Positions 1 through 8,823 of a DNA stretch of 32,634 nt are shown here, one piece after another. The notes beneath the pieces were generated by a model, which was not told the origin of the DNA, made no database searches, and saw only the letters and a list, made by a program, of their open reading frames with translations. This DNA comes from a virus (taxonomy: Duplodnaviria; Caudoviricetes). The stretch covers positions 1 through 32,634 of IMG/VR virus record IMGVR_UViG_3300009117_000053, one strand, 5' to 3'. Each line of letters starts with the position of its first letter. Within the stretch, counting starts at the first letter, position 1. The position numbers and the translations under genes are program-made.

Positions 1-168
1 TCATTTACTATCACTTCCACTCGCGATCGCGGCCTTTGTGCCAAGGGCCCCGCCTACGGCGCCACCGAAAGCCAACGCCGCGTCTTTCTGCCCGGTTAAA
101 AGGGCAATCCCTGTTAAGACCAACAACCCCCCTATAATTATCGTGTCATTACTGATCCATTTAGGCAT
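1..168 (-). CDS. 55-aa small membrane protein, putative holin (not in ORF track)
   Basis: MPKWISNDTIIIGGLLVLTGIALLTGQKDAALAFGGAVGGALGTKAAIASGSDSK; RBS GAAAGAGGGG; two hydrophobic segments; lysis-region position. Confidence 0.65.
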   Translation of the reverse strand: MPKWISNDTIIIGGLLVLTGIALLTGQKDAALAFGGAVGGALGTKAAIASGSDSK

Positions 169-194
169 ATGTAATCCCCTCTTTCATGTAAATT

Positions 195-218
195 AAAAAA
201 CCAGCATATTAGCTGGTA
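195..218 (-). terminator. Intrinsic terminator
   Basis: Minus strand ACCAGC-TAATAT-GCTGGT followed by T-run. Confidence 0.6.
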
Positions 219-222
219 ACTT

Positions 223-513
223 TTATTTTGCTATAAACAGCCCGATGGCCGTACCTACACCTACAGAGATAAGGGTATTGACAACGGCATCCCAGCGCCG
301 CCCGGGTTTGGCTTTTATTTCCTCGATGGCGGTATCGTGCTTTTCCGTCAATTTCGACAAATTTTCCAGAATCACCGTTTGTCGCTCGTAAAGCTTTGAC
401 AGATCGACTATGTCGTTATTAAGCCCCCTGTAATCGTCCTCGATCTTTTGAAAATTCTTATCTATATTTTTATGCTGTATCTTGCAAACTTCCGGCGATA
501 CCGCTTCCGCCAT
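223..513 (-). CDS. XhlA/hemolysin-like or holin-associated protein, 96 aa (coiled coil plus C-terminal TM)
   Basis: Start moved to ATG at 513 behind RBS GAGAGGGGTG; C-terminal WDAVVNTLISVGVGTAIGLFIAK is hydrophobic. Confidence 0.65.
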   Translation of the reverse strand: MAEAVSPEVCKIQHKNIDKNFQKIEDDYRGLNNDIVDLSKLYERQTVILENLSKLTEKHDTAIEEIKAKPGRRWDAVVNTLISVGVGTAIGLFIAK

Positions 514-593
514 TATCAACACCCCTCTCTCATAACCATAAAAATAAAGCCTCGCGGCCATCTTAATTTTGAATGCAATTCGTATCTTGCTTT

Positions 594-722
594 TTATGCC
601 GTATATGCTTCCCCGGTGATTTCCTCATACTGTTCGGCGGTGATCCATTTTCCAACAAAGCTTCGCGCCTTTTCGACAGTAATTTTGCCTAACTGGTATT
701 GTATTAATATAAAATCATACAT
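594..722 (-). CDS. XkdX-family small phage protein, 42 aa (not in ORF track)
   Basis: MYDFILIQYQLGKITVEKARSFVGKWITAEQYEEITGEAYTA; WITAEQYEEITG motif; position after tail fibre genes. Confidence 0.8.
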   Translation of the reverse strand: MYDFILIQYQLGKITVEKARSFVGKWITAEQYEEITGEAYTA

Positions 723-725
723 GGG

Positions 726-995
726 TTACACCTCCAATAAAGCTAATAATCCAGCTTCTAAAGCGGCTAATCGTTCTTCCGATGTTGGCAATACTGTTTC
801 AGTGGGATAAGCAGGAGCCGGTATTTCAATTTCAATACCTTCTTCAACATATTTAAACTTATTATCCAGATATACAGATCCTATATTAATAGGGGCTTCA
901 CCTGTATATATAGCACCAATCTTTTCGCCAAAATCTTTATTGGCTTCAATGACGTTTATAACAACGCCGTTATCGTCAAGTATTGCATATCTCAT
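726..995 (-). CDS. Tail-fibre-associated protein or chaperone, 89 aa
   Basis: N-terminal YAILDDNGVVINVI; C-terminal PTSEERLAALEAGLL typical of genes preceding xkdX-like genes. Confidence 0.6.
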   Translation of the reverse strand: MRYAILDDNGVVINVIEANKDFGEKIGAIYTGEAPINIGSVYLDNKFKYVEEGIEIEIPAPAYPTETVLPTSEERLAALEAGLLALLEV

Positions 996-999
996 ATTA

Positions 1000-2154
1000 T
1001 CAACTCCATCTAATTACTGCCCTGCCTTTATAACCGTCGCCGCCATACCTAAGGGAAGCAGTGGAAGTTCTTTGACCTCCTCCTCCGCCGCCGCCATAAT
1101 AAGTGGCATTATGCGGATTGGGGGTAGTATCACTATATCCTACACCGGTACCCCCGCCGCCAGCACCACCTACGCCACTAGGCGGTGTTCCGCCGCCACC
1201 GGAATATTGTGTTCCGTCAGAAGCGCCAAATTCTTTAGTTGTTGTTCCTTGACCAGTACCGCCATTTGATCCAAGACCATTGCCACCATTGCTTCCTCCA
1301 TCATAGCCAGTTCCACTAACCAAACCGCCGCCGCCAGATCCGCCATTACCGCCTGGGGCTGTAGTTGCGCTGTTAAAAATACCGCCGGAACCACCATTTA
1401 CGGAATGCCCCAAAAAAGAAGTACTTCCACCGGTACCGCCTAAACTCCCGGCATGAATGCCACCAGCTCCTATTACAGCAGTTAATGCACCTACGGCTGA
1501 AACATCAATGTTTAACCATGTTTGCGTATAGCCACCGCCGCCGCCTGTACCGTTATATCCTACATTGCCGGAACTGCTATCAGCGCCACCAGCGCCGCCA
1601 CCAACAAGAAATAAATCAACTACACCTTTTGCTTTTATAAAATCAGCAAGCGTATAGCTGCCAGAGGTATCAATATATGCCTTTTTATTTGTAGCTTCTG
1701 TAAAAATAGGTCCAATTTCTTTATAACATTCGCCAGAAGTTGAAGAAAAATTATAAGTGTAACTTTGAAAACCTAGTCGCGAAGCTTCCCAGCTAAAAGA
1801 ATATGATCCATATGGTAATAATAAATAAAAATATCCGTCACTATTTGTAATATAAGTCGTTGTTATTGGTGCATTAGGAGAAGTAAGAGTTAATGTTACG
1901 CCTACTTCTTCAACGCCAGATATGGAAGTAGTAGTTTTAATTTTAAATAGTGTTAAATTTTTAAAAGCTAAACCACCAGACATAAGGTTAGCTAAATAAT
2001 CCTCGATAGGCTGTAAATAAGCTCTATTGATTGGCGTTCCCGCCTCGGTCACCGTACCAAAATCCGGCTCTATGGCATGACTTACACCGTCGATCTTATA
2101 CCGATTTGGATATTGCACTACTTGGTCCTTTACGTCTCTAGGCGTAAATGTCAT
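1000..2154 (-). CDS. Glycine-rich tail fibre / receptor-binding protein, 384 aa
   Basis: N-terminal AGTPINRAYL anchor motif, central beta-sandwich (TNSDGYFY...PYGSY), C-terminal LVGGGAGG...GGGGG...GRAVIRW glycine-rich domain. Confidence 0.8.
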   Translation of the reverse strand: MTFTPRDVKDQVVQYPNRYKIDGVSHAIEPDFGTVTEAGTPINRAYLQPIEDYLANLMSGGLAFKNLTLFKIKTTTSISGVEEVGVTLTLTSPNAPITTTYITNSDGYFYLLLPYGSYSFSWEASRLGFQSYTYNFSSTSGECYKEIGPIFTEATNKKAYIDTSGSYTLADFIKAKGVVDLFLVGGGAGGADSSSGNVGYNGTGGGGGYTQTWLNIDVSAVGALTAVIGAGGIHAGSLGGTGGSTSFLGHSVNGGSGGIFNSATTAPGGNGGSGGGGLVSGTGYDGGSNGGNGLGSNGGTGQGTTTKEFGASDGTQYSGGGGTPPSGVGGAGGGGTGVGYSDTTPNPHNATYYGGGGGGGQRTSTASLRYGGDGYKGRAVIRWS

Positions 2155-2155
2155 A

Positions 2156-2785
2156 TTACATCACTCTCCTTGGCAATAAATTAGCTTGTCCGGCGGTAAA
2201 AGTCCCGGAAGGACGCCAACGCGCTTTAATGAGTTGAGCTAGGTCATATAGTAATTTAATGTTATTTTCCCAGCGATTAGCGTCCTGATAATCCGGCTTT
2301 ACCCCGCCAAAGACCCAAGTTTTAACCTCTTGCCAACCTGCAGGCAGAGGAGCACCGCAATTTTTGATCGCCGCAAGGTTAGACTCAAGGGTATTAAATA
2401 GCTCAAACGATGGGAGATCATTCTGCGTAACATCAGAGATCAAAACGCATACCGGGAAATAATATAGCGACAATAGTTCGTCCGTCGCTATAAATTCTAT
2501 ATTGGCCTTTTGGCGGTTAAGATCGGTGTAGTTTTCATAATCATCTTTTGTCCAGTCAGTTTTAGGCGGCCTAAGGCCATAGTAGATCGTATAACTGTAT
2601 GTATCTTCGAGGCCATTCTCCGAATACGCTTCGAGATAAACGTCATAATTATTATCTTCGGAGCGCGGGACTTCCGCCTGCCAGTAACCATCACCTATAA
2701 GGGTAAAGGTTGCAGCCACGCCATTGACTGTGCCATAGAGATAGATGATCGCGGGACCTACCCAAACAGTTAAAGTTTGCGTCAT
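2156..2785 (-). CDS. Tail tip protein with partial N-terminal Ig domain and repeated W-x(8-10)-NR-x-E/K-x-N helical motifs, 209 aa
   Basis: ORF translation; ATGA overlap with upstream gene. Confidence 0.7.
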   Translation of the reverse strand: MTQTLTVWVGPAIIYLYGTVNGVAATFTLIGDGYWQAEVPRSEDNNYDVYLEAYSENGLEDTYSYTIYYGLRPPKTDWTKDDYENYTDLNRQKANIEFIATDELLSLYYFPVCVLISDVTQNDLPSFELFNTLESNLAAIKNCGAPLPAGWQEVKTWVFGGVKPDYQDANRWENNIKLLYDLAQLIKARWRPSGTFTAGQANLLPRRVM

Positions 2786-3702
2786 CCCGTCACCCCCACA
2801 GATATAAGCATCGTCGCGCCGGCATTGACCGGATTAGGCGTGATCGTGACCGAACTGATCACCGGAATAGATGTATCGAGCGTCCCGGCTAGGGTTATTT
2901 CAGAGTATTTTCCCGCGGTATCTGTTGACCTGACGATAATAGTATTGGACCCCTCTGCGAGGGTAATTGTCTTGTTAAAATTACCGCTGGAAACAGTAAC
3001 TGTTCCCTGGTCGGTACCGTTAAGTTTGATCGTGACCGTGACCGGTGAGCTGGTAACATCGTTTGTAGAACCCTGGACCGTCAACGAAGCATTGTTTGTT
3101 ATAAAATTATTAGCCGGGTTGGTAACATTAAGAATAGGCGGTACGGTATCGACACTATAACTACGAGAGGCTTGAGTAGCCGTATTCCCGTCATTATCCG
3201 CTATATCTATCGTAACAGTATGGGCGCCGTCACTTAAGGCAGTTTGAGGCGTATATGTACAGTCATAGCCATTGGTTACAGCATTACACACCATGCCTGT
3301 CGACCCGCTGCCGAATGCAGTACCGCCGTCAATTTTGAGGGTTAACGTAGTTAAATTTATACCGGATCCGCCCGCTTCATCCCGGAGCTGGAAGACGATA
3401 GGTTGTTTATTGTTGGTAACATAAGAGCCGGCCCCCGGAGAGGTAATAGAGATCGTCGGCTTGACTGTTTCCTTGACCCTTAATTTAAGTGAGTTGCCGA
3501 CTGTTGCATCCGTAGTGTCTACCGTTTTAAAGGTTCCCGCTGTGTTGGTTGCCCTCACCTGCAAAGGATAGACATGATCAGTTAGATTCCATGAAGTAGA
3601 ACCCGGGGCGGTAATATTCCCTTCGTATTTACCGGTACCGCTATTATAGGTCAATGTATACCAGGATCCATTTACATAAACTTGCACACTTTGGATAGCC
3701 AA
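2782..3702 (-). CDS. Multi-Ig-like domain virion protein, 306 aa
   Basis: Repeated bacterial Ig motifs (PTISITSP, LSDGAHTVTIDIADNDGN, LAEGSNTIIVRSTDTAG); TTG start with RBS AAGGAGGTG. Confidence 0.85.
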   Translation of the reverse strand: MAIQSVQVYVNGSWYTLTYNSGTGKYEGNITAPGSTSWNLTDHVYPLQVRATNTAGTFKTVDTTDATVGNSLKLRVKETVKPTISITSPGAGSYVTNNKQPIVFQLRDEAGGSGINLTTLTLKIDGGTAFGSGSTGMVCNAVTNGYDCTYTPQTALSDGAHTVTIDIADNDGNTATQASRSYSVDTVPPILNVTNPANNFITNNASLTVQGSTNDVTSSPVTVTIKLNGTDQGTVTVSSGNFNKTITLAEGSNTIIVRSTDTAGKYSEITLAGTLDTSIPVISSVTITPNPVNAGATMLISVGVTG

Positions 3703-3891
3703 TTAATTTGCCACCTCCTTTTCTACATTAAGATTAATCGCCTGGCCTGATTTTAAAGCGCCACTGGCAGCATAGCGCTTATACATTGTTATATCCACAT
3801 CAGCCACCTCTATGGATATCATAAAAGAAGTATTGATATTGACCGGGTTAGGAGTAAGACTAACAGAATTTATTTGCGGTTCACTGGGCAT
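3703..3891 (-). CDS. 62-aa tail protein carrying two Ig-type beta strands
   Basis: PQINSVSLTPNPVNINTSFMISIEV resembles C-terminus of the downstream Ig protein; RBS AGGGGG. Confidence 0.75.
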   Translation of the reverse strand: MPSEPQINSVSLTPNPVNINTSFMISIEVADVDITMYKRYAASGALKSGQAINLNVEKEVAN

Positions 3892-3906
3892 ATTTTAGAC
3901 CCCCTA

Positions 3907-5598
3907 TCAAGTAATATCGACTTCACCGACTATAACCATATCCCCTATATAGCCGCTCGTAAGGTCGATATCCAGCTTCTCTATCCGTCCGCGCAGCTTT
4001 TGGTCGTTCATGCTGTCAACGGTCCGCAATTCTCCCACGGCCTCATCCTCCAGGATTATAGATACCTCGTTCTTGTGGCGTAACTGGTAATAGTCATAAA
4101 CACGCTGCGCAACATCTGGGGCCAGCGAAGACGATACCAAAGTCGCATCGGTGATGGTCAAGACATTGGTCTTAGCCCCTGCCGGCAGGCTGGAAACATA
4201 TACCCCGAATACCTGAGTGCTGTCCGTGTACTTATTGCCAGTGAGCGTGACCGCGCCCGGCGTGGCAACCGTTAAGATGGCATAATTGGCACCGCTTTGG
4301 GTTATCGTTGCGCCTGTGGCCGCCAGGCTATGGGCAGGCTCGGAAAATGTAATTTCATGCGTGCCGGCGGCAAGCGTGCCGTCGAATAAGTTAATGCTTT
4401 CCGTCCCCGCCGTATAATTATGGGCTGTAACCTCCATGCCTGTAACCAGCGATTTCAAGCCCAGAGTCTGGCCCACGATCTTCCTGGAATAAGGTATCGT
4501 CCCGGCCACCGATGTAGGAGGAGGATAAATCTTGATCTTGTCGCTCCGGGAACAGTCCACTATCGCTCCGATGGCAAAAGCCACTTGCTGCAATGCCTCC
4601 CGGTGCGTACAGATCGGCAGCCATCCGGAGAGAGTGAGAGAAGATAGAGAACTATCCAGACTGTATTCCGCATTGGCAGAGGCCATTATTTGAGCTATGA
4701 GAGCCGCTACCGTTATACCGGAATAGATACCGCCTTTGAAATTGGTCTTTTCGATTACGCCCACCAAGTCTATACCGGAAAAGTCTATGGTGTTTTCCGT
4801 GTCGTTCTTCCAACTGTCCGGCGCGCCTAAATAAAAAACGCCCATCAGTTTTTTAGTACCGTCGTCCATCGTTTGCCGTACTGTCAAGGGTTGCCCCTCC
4901 TGCAGCGCGGCATATACCCCGGAGGGATTGAGGATATTGAATTCGGCATCGTTGGAATGGATCCGAAAGTCTAAAGTGTTAATGCTGATCTCGGCAGACA
5001 AAGGATCTATTTCCTCCAAGATGCTGGCACTGATCAGTTCATCCCCCGCAAACTCCTTGATCTTGCCGTAATCGATGGCGGTTAGCTTGAGAAATCTATA
5101 CGGACGGTATGTACTGACAAAAGTAATGACTATTTTTCTGAAATTCAGGACCTGATTATCGCAAAAATAGACTGTAGCATCAGGGGCAAAATCAGCTTCA
5201 TCAAGCAGGGTATTGCTGCCGTCATACCACTTGATATTAAGGTTGTTACAGTAATCCCCGTTGATCTCATCAAAATAGAGCGTTACCCCCAGGCTGCTGT
5301 GATTGGCCGCGAAATTTATCGTCAGGACGGGGGGAGTAGAAAAGGCCCCGGCACCGTCTGACATGGACGAGCTCCAGAGGCCCCATTCGTAGTTTTCGGG
5401 ATCGTCAGGGAAAAGGCTAAATGTGCCATCAAGCTTCCAAAAATCCTGTTCAAGAGTAGCCACCTTATGCGGTGCGATAAACTTTTTTTTGAGATCGTTA
5501 AGATCGATAAAGCTTTGATTATCTGCCGTGGCCGGGGTACTATCAGATTTAGCCGTTACATCCACCAGCCCGAAAGATATCTTTGTAGAATCGCTCAT
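3907..5598 (-). CDS. Tail tip / baseplate hub (Tal-like) protein, 563 aa
   Basis: Position after Dit-like gene; hub-like segment THREALQQVAFAIGAIVDCSRSDKIKI. Confidence 0.75.
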   Translation of the reverse strand: MSDSTKISFGLVDVTAKSDSTPATADNQSFIDLNDLKKKFIAPHKVATLEQDFWKLDGTFSLFPDDPENYEWGLWSSSMSDGAGAFSTPPVLTINFAANHSSLGVTLYFDEINGDYCNNLNIKWYDGSNTLLDEADFAPDATVYFCDNQVLNFRKIVITFVSTYRPYRFLKLTAIDYGKIKEFAGDELISASILEEIDPLSAEISINTLDFRIHSNDAEFNILNPSGVYAALQEGQPLTVRQTMDDGTKKLMGVFYLGAPDSWKNDTENTIDFSGIDLVGVIEKTNFKGGIYSGITVAALIAQIMASANAEYSLDSSLSSLTLSGWLPICTHREALQQVAFAIGAIVDCSRSDKIKIYPPPTSVAGTIPYSRKIVGQTLGLKSLVTGMEVTAHNYTAGTESINLFDGTLAAGTHEITFSEPAHSLAATGATITQSGANYAILTVATPGAVTLTGNKYTDSTQVFGVYVSSLPAGAKTNVLTITDATLVSSSLAPDVAQRVYDYYQLRHKNEVSIILEDEAVGELRTVDSMNDQKLRGRIEKLDIDLTSGYIGDMVIVGEVDIT

Positions 5599-5602
5599 AT
5601 AA

Positions 5603-5971
5603 TCACTTCCTCGCCGGTGCTTTGGCTGTGAAATTCACCGTCAGGCCTGTCCAGTAGTTTTTACCGCCCCGCTTCTTTTTCAGTTCATCCCCGACATTAG
5701 AAAAATAGGCTGTAAATGTATAGTTTCCGTCTTCATCCGGGACCGTCACGGTATGAAATTCCTCCGGCTCGGTAAGTTTATCCCAAAGCCTGGCATACTC
5801 TGCCGTATCGGGCGTGGTCCCCAGTGACAATTGATAGTTGAAATACACGCCTATCAATTTACGCTGCAGCGTACCATCCTCGGTACGGTTAGCAAACTTA
5901 TCCAGGAAGTCAGCCGTGCGCTTTAATCCAATAACTGGGATGTTGTATGTAGTACCATCGATTATAAGCAT
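5603..5971 (-). CDS. Distal tail protein (Dit-like), 122 aa
   Basis: Immediately follows tape measure gene; size and ANRTEDGTLQR motif. Confidence 0.7.
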   Translation of the reverse strand: MLIIDGTTYNIPVIGLKRTADFLDKFANRTEDGTLQRKLIGVYFNYQLSLGTTPDTAEYARLWDKLTEPEEFHTVTVPDEDGNYTFTAYFSNVGDELKKKRGGKNYWTGLTVNFTAKAPARK

Positions 5972-8055
5972 CAGGTTACCCCCTTGATTAGATTTACGCC
6001 GCGCCGGTTTCCTTCTTTGTCTATCTCAAACTTGAGATATCTGATAAGCTGCGAAGAGTTCCCGCTCGCTACGACCGTGATCTGCGGGGAAAGGTTAAGG
6101 TTTGATAATTCTTCCTGCATGATCTTTCTTATTAAGCCGTCGGGAGCCTCGATATTGGTCCCGCTTTTCTGATCTCCGAGGACCGCCATAAATTCACGGT
6201 TAGGAGGGATAACGGCGCCTTGGGCAAGGCGAGGGATTTCGTCTATGTGAAATAGTTGTACGCTTCCGCCGGGAACGATTGTTTTACCGGCTATTTTTAT
6301 TGGCTCCCAAGAAAACTTCATTTTTTCATTCAGCCACGCGATAAGTTTATTAATTAACGTCCTGACGCTTTCTATCGCATTTCTAAAAGTTTGAATTATC
6401 CCGTCCTTCATTCCCTTGCCAAGTTTTAACCATTTTTCAAGAGTAAACCAGGGGACAACCTTGTTTTTCCACCAATCAGCAATACTAATGTCCCAATCAG
6501 GAGTAATTTTATCCCATATTCCGGCAAAAGCCATTTTAACGTCATTCCATAAACTGTTCCATTTTTCAAGAGTAAACCAGGGTTTTACGTCATTAGTCCA
6601 CCAGGCGGATATTTTTTCTTTCCATGAGGAAATAAATGTTTTAATCGCCTCTACGGCTTTTTGTCCTAATATAATAACAAAAACGCCTTCGATTATTTGA
6701 CCAAGGCCCTTGAAGATCAACTTTGCTCCTTCCGCTGCTTTTGATAAATCTCCGCTTAAAAGGCCTGTGATAACCCTAAAAACACCCGCCAACACATTGA
6801 AAACGCCGGATAGAATTGTAATGTCTCCCGCCAGTATGTCCAGTATCTTGTTACCCACTATTTCAGCAAATCTAGTAAGCACTTTTTGTATGCCGCTGTT
6901 TTCCCAAAAATCATTGACCGCCAAGCCCAGGTTAGCCCACGCCTCTTTTAGTTTTGCTAAGGGCTCCTTTAATACTGATAGTTTTTCTTTCAGTTTTTCA
7001 ACTTTTGCGGACATATCATCGGTAGCGGCTGCCGCCTCTTCTGTTGTCGATACCGTTTCAGTCGTTACGCCGCTTGCTGCGCTGCCCGCATCTGATGTAT
7101 TGCTAAGCACATTAATTTCGTCAAAAGCAGCTAAATTGTTACCTGCTTCTTTGGCCGCTTCGCCGCTTGCCGTGGTTGCATCGGTTAGTCCGTCTATAGA
7201 TTCGGTAACTGCGTCTACAGTTCTGGTAGTCGTGGTTTTTGCACCAAATAAACCAGTAACAACTTGAGCTATCGCATTAGCGAGCCGCGTAACCCCTTCT
7301 ACCATAGTATTAATGACTGGTAATACTTTTTGTGCGAAAACAATAATAATATTCCCTACAGCAATTTTGAGATTATTAAAATTAAAGCCTAGTCTTAGAA
7401 TTTGACCGGAATAACTGTCGGCGATTTTCGCGGCGTCACCGGTTTGAAACTTCGTTTCTTCCATGATACCGAGGACTTCTGCCTGTATCTTCTGCTGTTT
7501 AGTAAGGTTATTAGCGGTAGTGCCTATGCTTTTAGCATATTCAGCCCACATCTTTGCTACATTCTTTGTTAGACCAGCATTATCGACCAAGATGCTGTTT
7601 TCATTTTTTAAGCCTTCGGTAGCTGATTCTACCGCTTGACCTAATGTGTAACTGGATTGCCTGCCAAAGGCGGCACTATCTTTTAGGGCAACAAGTACTT
7701 GCTGTATTTGACTGTCAGCATATCCTCTAAGCGCAAGGTTTTTATAGGCTGTGATCGCTTGTGTGGCTGGTATTAACCCGTCTTGCGTATAATCGTTAAT
7801 AAATTTTTGTGCTTTTACAAAACTTCTGCCTTGACCTTCCACAATGCTTTGCAAGCCCATCATGGCATTTGTCAAGTCGGTAGCCGCCTTTACCGATGCT
7901 TTGCCAAAATTTATTACTGCAGCCACACCAAAGGCAATACCTGCCGCTACGGCAAAGCCCTTTAAGCTTTTTATCAGTGTATTAAGCCCCGATTGCGCTC
8001 CCGCTTGATTAATCTTTGTATCTATCCGGATATACCCATCAGCGGCTACCGCCAT
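5971..8055 (-). CDS. Tape measure protein, 694 aa
   Basis: MAVAADGYIRIDTKI start, Ala/Gly-rich helical body, Trp-periodic repeats, IPRLAQGAVIPPNREFMAVLGDQ C-terminal motif. Confidence 0.93.
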   Translation of the reverse strand: MAVAADGYIRIDTKINQAGAQSGLNTLIKSLKGFAVAAGIAFGVAAVINFGKASVKAATDLTNAMMGLQSIVEGQGRSFVKAQKFINDYTQDGLIPATQAITAYKNLALRGYADSQIQQVLVALKDSAAFGRQSSYTLGQAVESATEGLKNENSILVDNAGLTKNVAKMWAEYAKSIGTTANNLTKQQKIQAEVLGIMEETKFQTGDAAKIADSYSGQILRLGFNFNNLKIAVGNIIIVFAQKVLPVINTMVEGVTRLANAIAQVVTGLFGAKTTTTRTVDAVTESIDGLTDATTASGEAAKEAGNNLAAFDEINVLSNTSDAGSAASGVTTETVSTTEEAAAATDDMSAKVEKLKEKLSVLKEPLAKLKEAWANLGLAVNDFWENSGIQKVLTRFAEIVGNKILDILAGDITILSGVFNVLAGVFRVITGLLSGDLSKAAEGAKLIFKGLGQIIEGVFVIILGQKAVEAIKTFISSWKEKISAWWTNDVKPWFTLEKWNSLWNDVKMAFAGIWDKITPDWDISIADWWKNKVVPWFTLEKWLKLGKGMKDGIIQTFRNAIESVRTLINKLIAWLNEKMKFSWEPIKIAGKTIVPGGSVQLFHIDEIPRLAQGAVIPPNREFMAVLGDQKSGTNIEAPDGLIRKIMQEELSNLNLSPQITVVASGNSSQLIRYLKFEIDKEGNRRGVNLIKGVT
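6430..6582. repeat. 24-bp direct repeat (period 129 nt) inside tape measure gene
   Basis: CCATTTTTCAAGAGTAAACCAGGG at 6430 and 6559, encoding PWFTLEKW twice. Confidence 0.85.
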
Positions 8056-8078
8056 AATATCACATCCTTTTTAGCATC

Positions 8079-8107
8079 AAAAAAGCGCCTATCCATGATA
8101 AGCGCTT
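8079..8107 (-). terminator. Intrinsic terminator of lipoprotein moron
   Basis: Minus strand AAGCGCTTATC-ATG-GATAGGCGCTT followed by T-run. Confidence 0.8.
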
Positions 8108-8121
8108 CCGTATAAATAAAT

Positions 8122-8769
8122 TTATTTTATATTAACCGTAAATTCCAGGAATTCTATCTTATCTTTGTATTTATTTTCAAATTGCTGATTTGTCATTTCT
8201 CCGCCCCATAATTTTCCAAAATCATCCCAATACCCGGTATCGTAATCCATATGGGGGTATTCCCAAATTATCTTATCTATTTTCAGACTACTTTCTACTG
8301 GGAATTCAATAACAAGCTGCTTTGATGAGTGTGATGCTACCTGATAAAGATTAAGATCGCTAATGTCACCACTTCTAGGCAGTTCATAGCCATCGGTTAA
8401 TTTAAAAGTGCCAGAATTTTGCATGTATCCAAATGCTTTATCCGTTGTATTTTCGATGGTATAGGTTATAACCAGATTCTTATAATCGCTGACTTTATAA
8501 ATATCACCATAATAACTAAAGTATTCCCCGTTTTCAGATGGAGAGCCGTCTGCCGTGCAGTCTCCTTTTATATCTTTCAACTCTGCGCTATCAACAGTGT
8601 ATTTTATGCCGTCTATTTCAGTTGAGGCAGTAGTTTGAGGATTTGTCGGCGGTTCGGTGGGATTTGGGTTGGAATCATTATTAATATTTTCTTCTTTCCC
8701 GCACCCAGCAATAATCATCATTATGGCAAGCAGTAATATAATAACCGGCAATAAAAATGTTTTTTTCAT
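8122..8769 (-). CDS. Lipoprotein moron (DUF4352/DUF5067-like beta-sandwich), 215 aa
   Basis: Signal peptide with lipobox IAG-C23, N/P/T-rich tether, LVITYTIENTTDK strand motif; AT-rich. Confidence 0.8.
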   Translation of the reverse strand: MKKTFLLPVIILLLAIMMIIAGCGKEENINNDSNPNPTEPPTNPQTTASTEIDGIKYTVDSAELKDIKGDCTADGSPSENGEYFSYYGDIYKVSDYKNLVITYTIENTTDKAFGYMQNSGTFKLTDGYELPRSGDISDLNLYQVASHSSKQLVIEFPVESSLKIDKIIWEYPHMDYDTGYWDDFGKLWGGEMTNQQFENKYKDKIEFLEFTVNIK

Positions 8770-8791
8770 CTTTCAACCTCCTTTTGCCAAA

Positions 8792-8820
8792 ATTATACAA
8801 TAGATAAATATTTTCTTCAA
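8792..8820 (-). promoter_or_regulatory. Sigma-A promoter of lipoprotein moron
   Basis: TTGAAG-N17-TATAAT followed by RBS AAGGAGG. Confidence 0.8.
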
Positions 8821-8823
8821 GCA

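Noticed and set aside
514-561. Upstream extension of the 112-aa ORF
   Set aside because: RBS supports the ATG at 513; the extension overlaps a small hairpin
1000-2154. Possible DGR target or invertible tail fibre cassette
   Set aside because: No reverse transcriptase, template repeat, invertase or crossover repeats seen in the window
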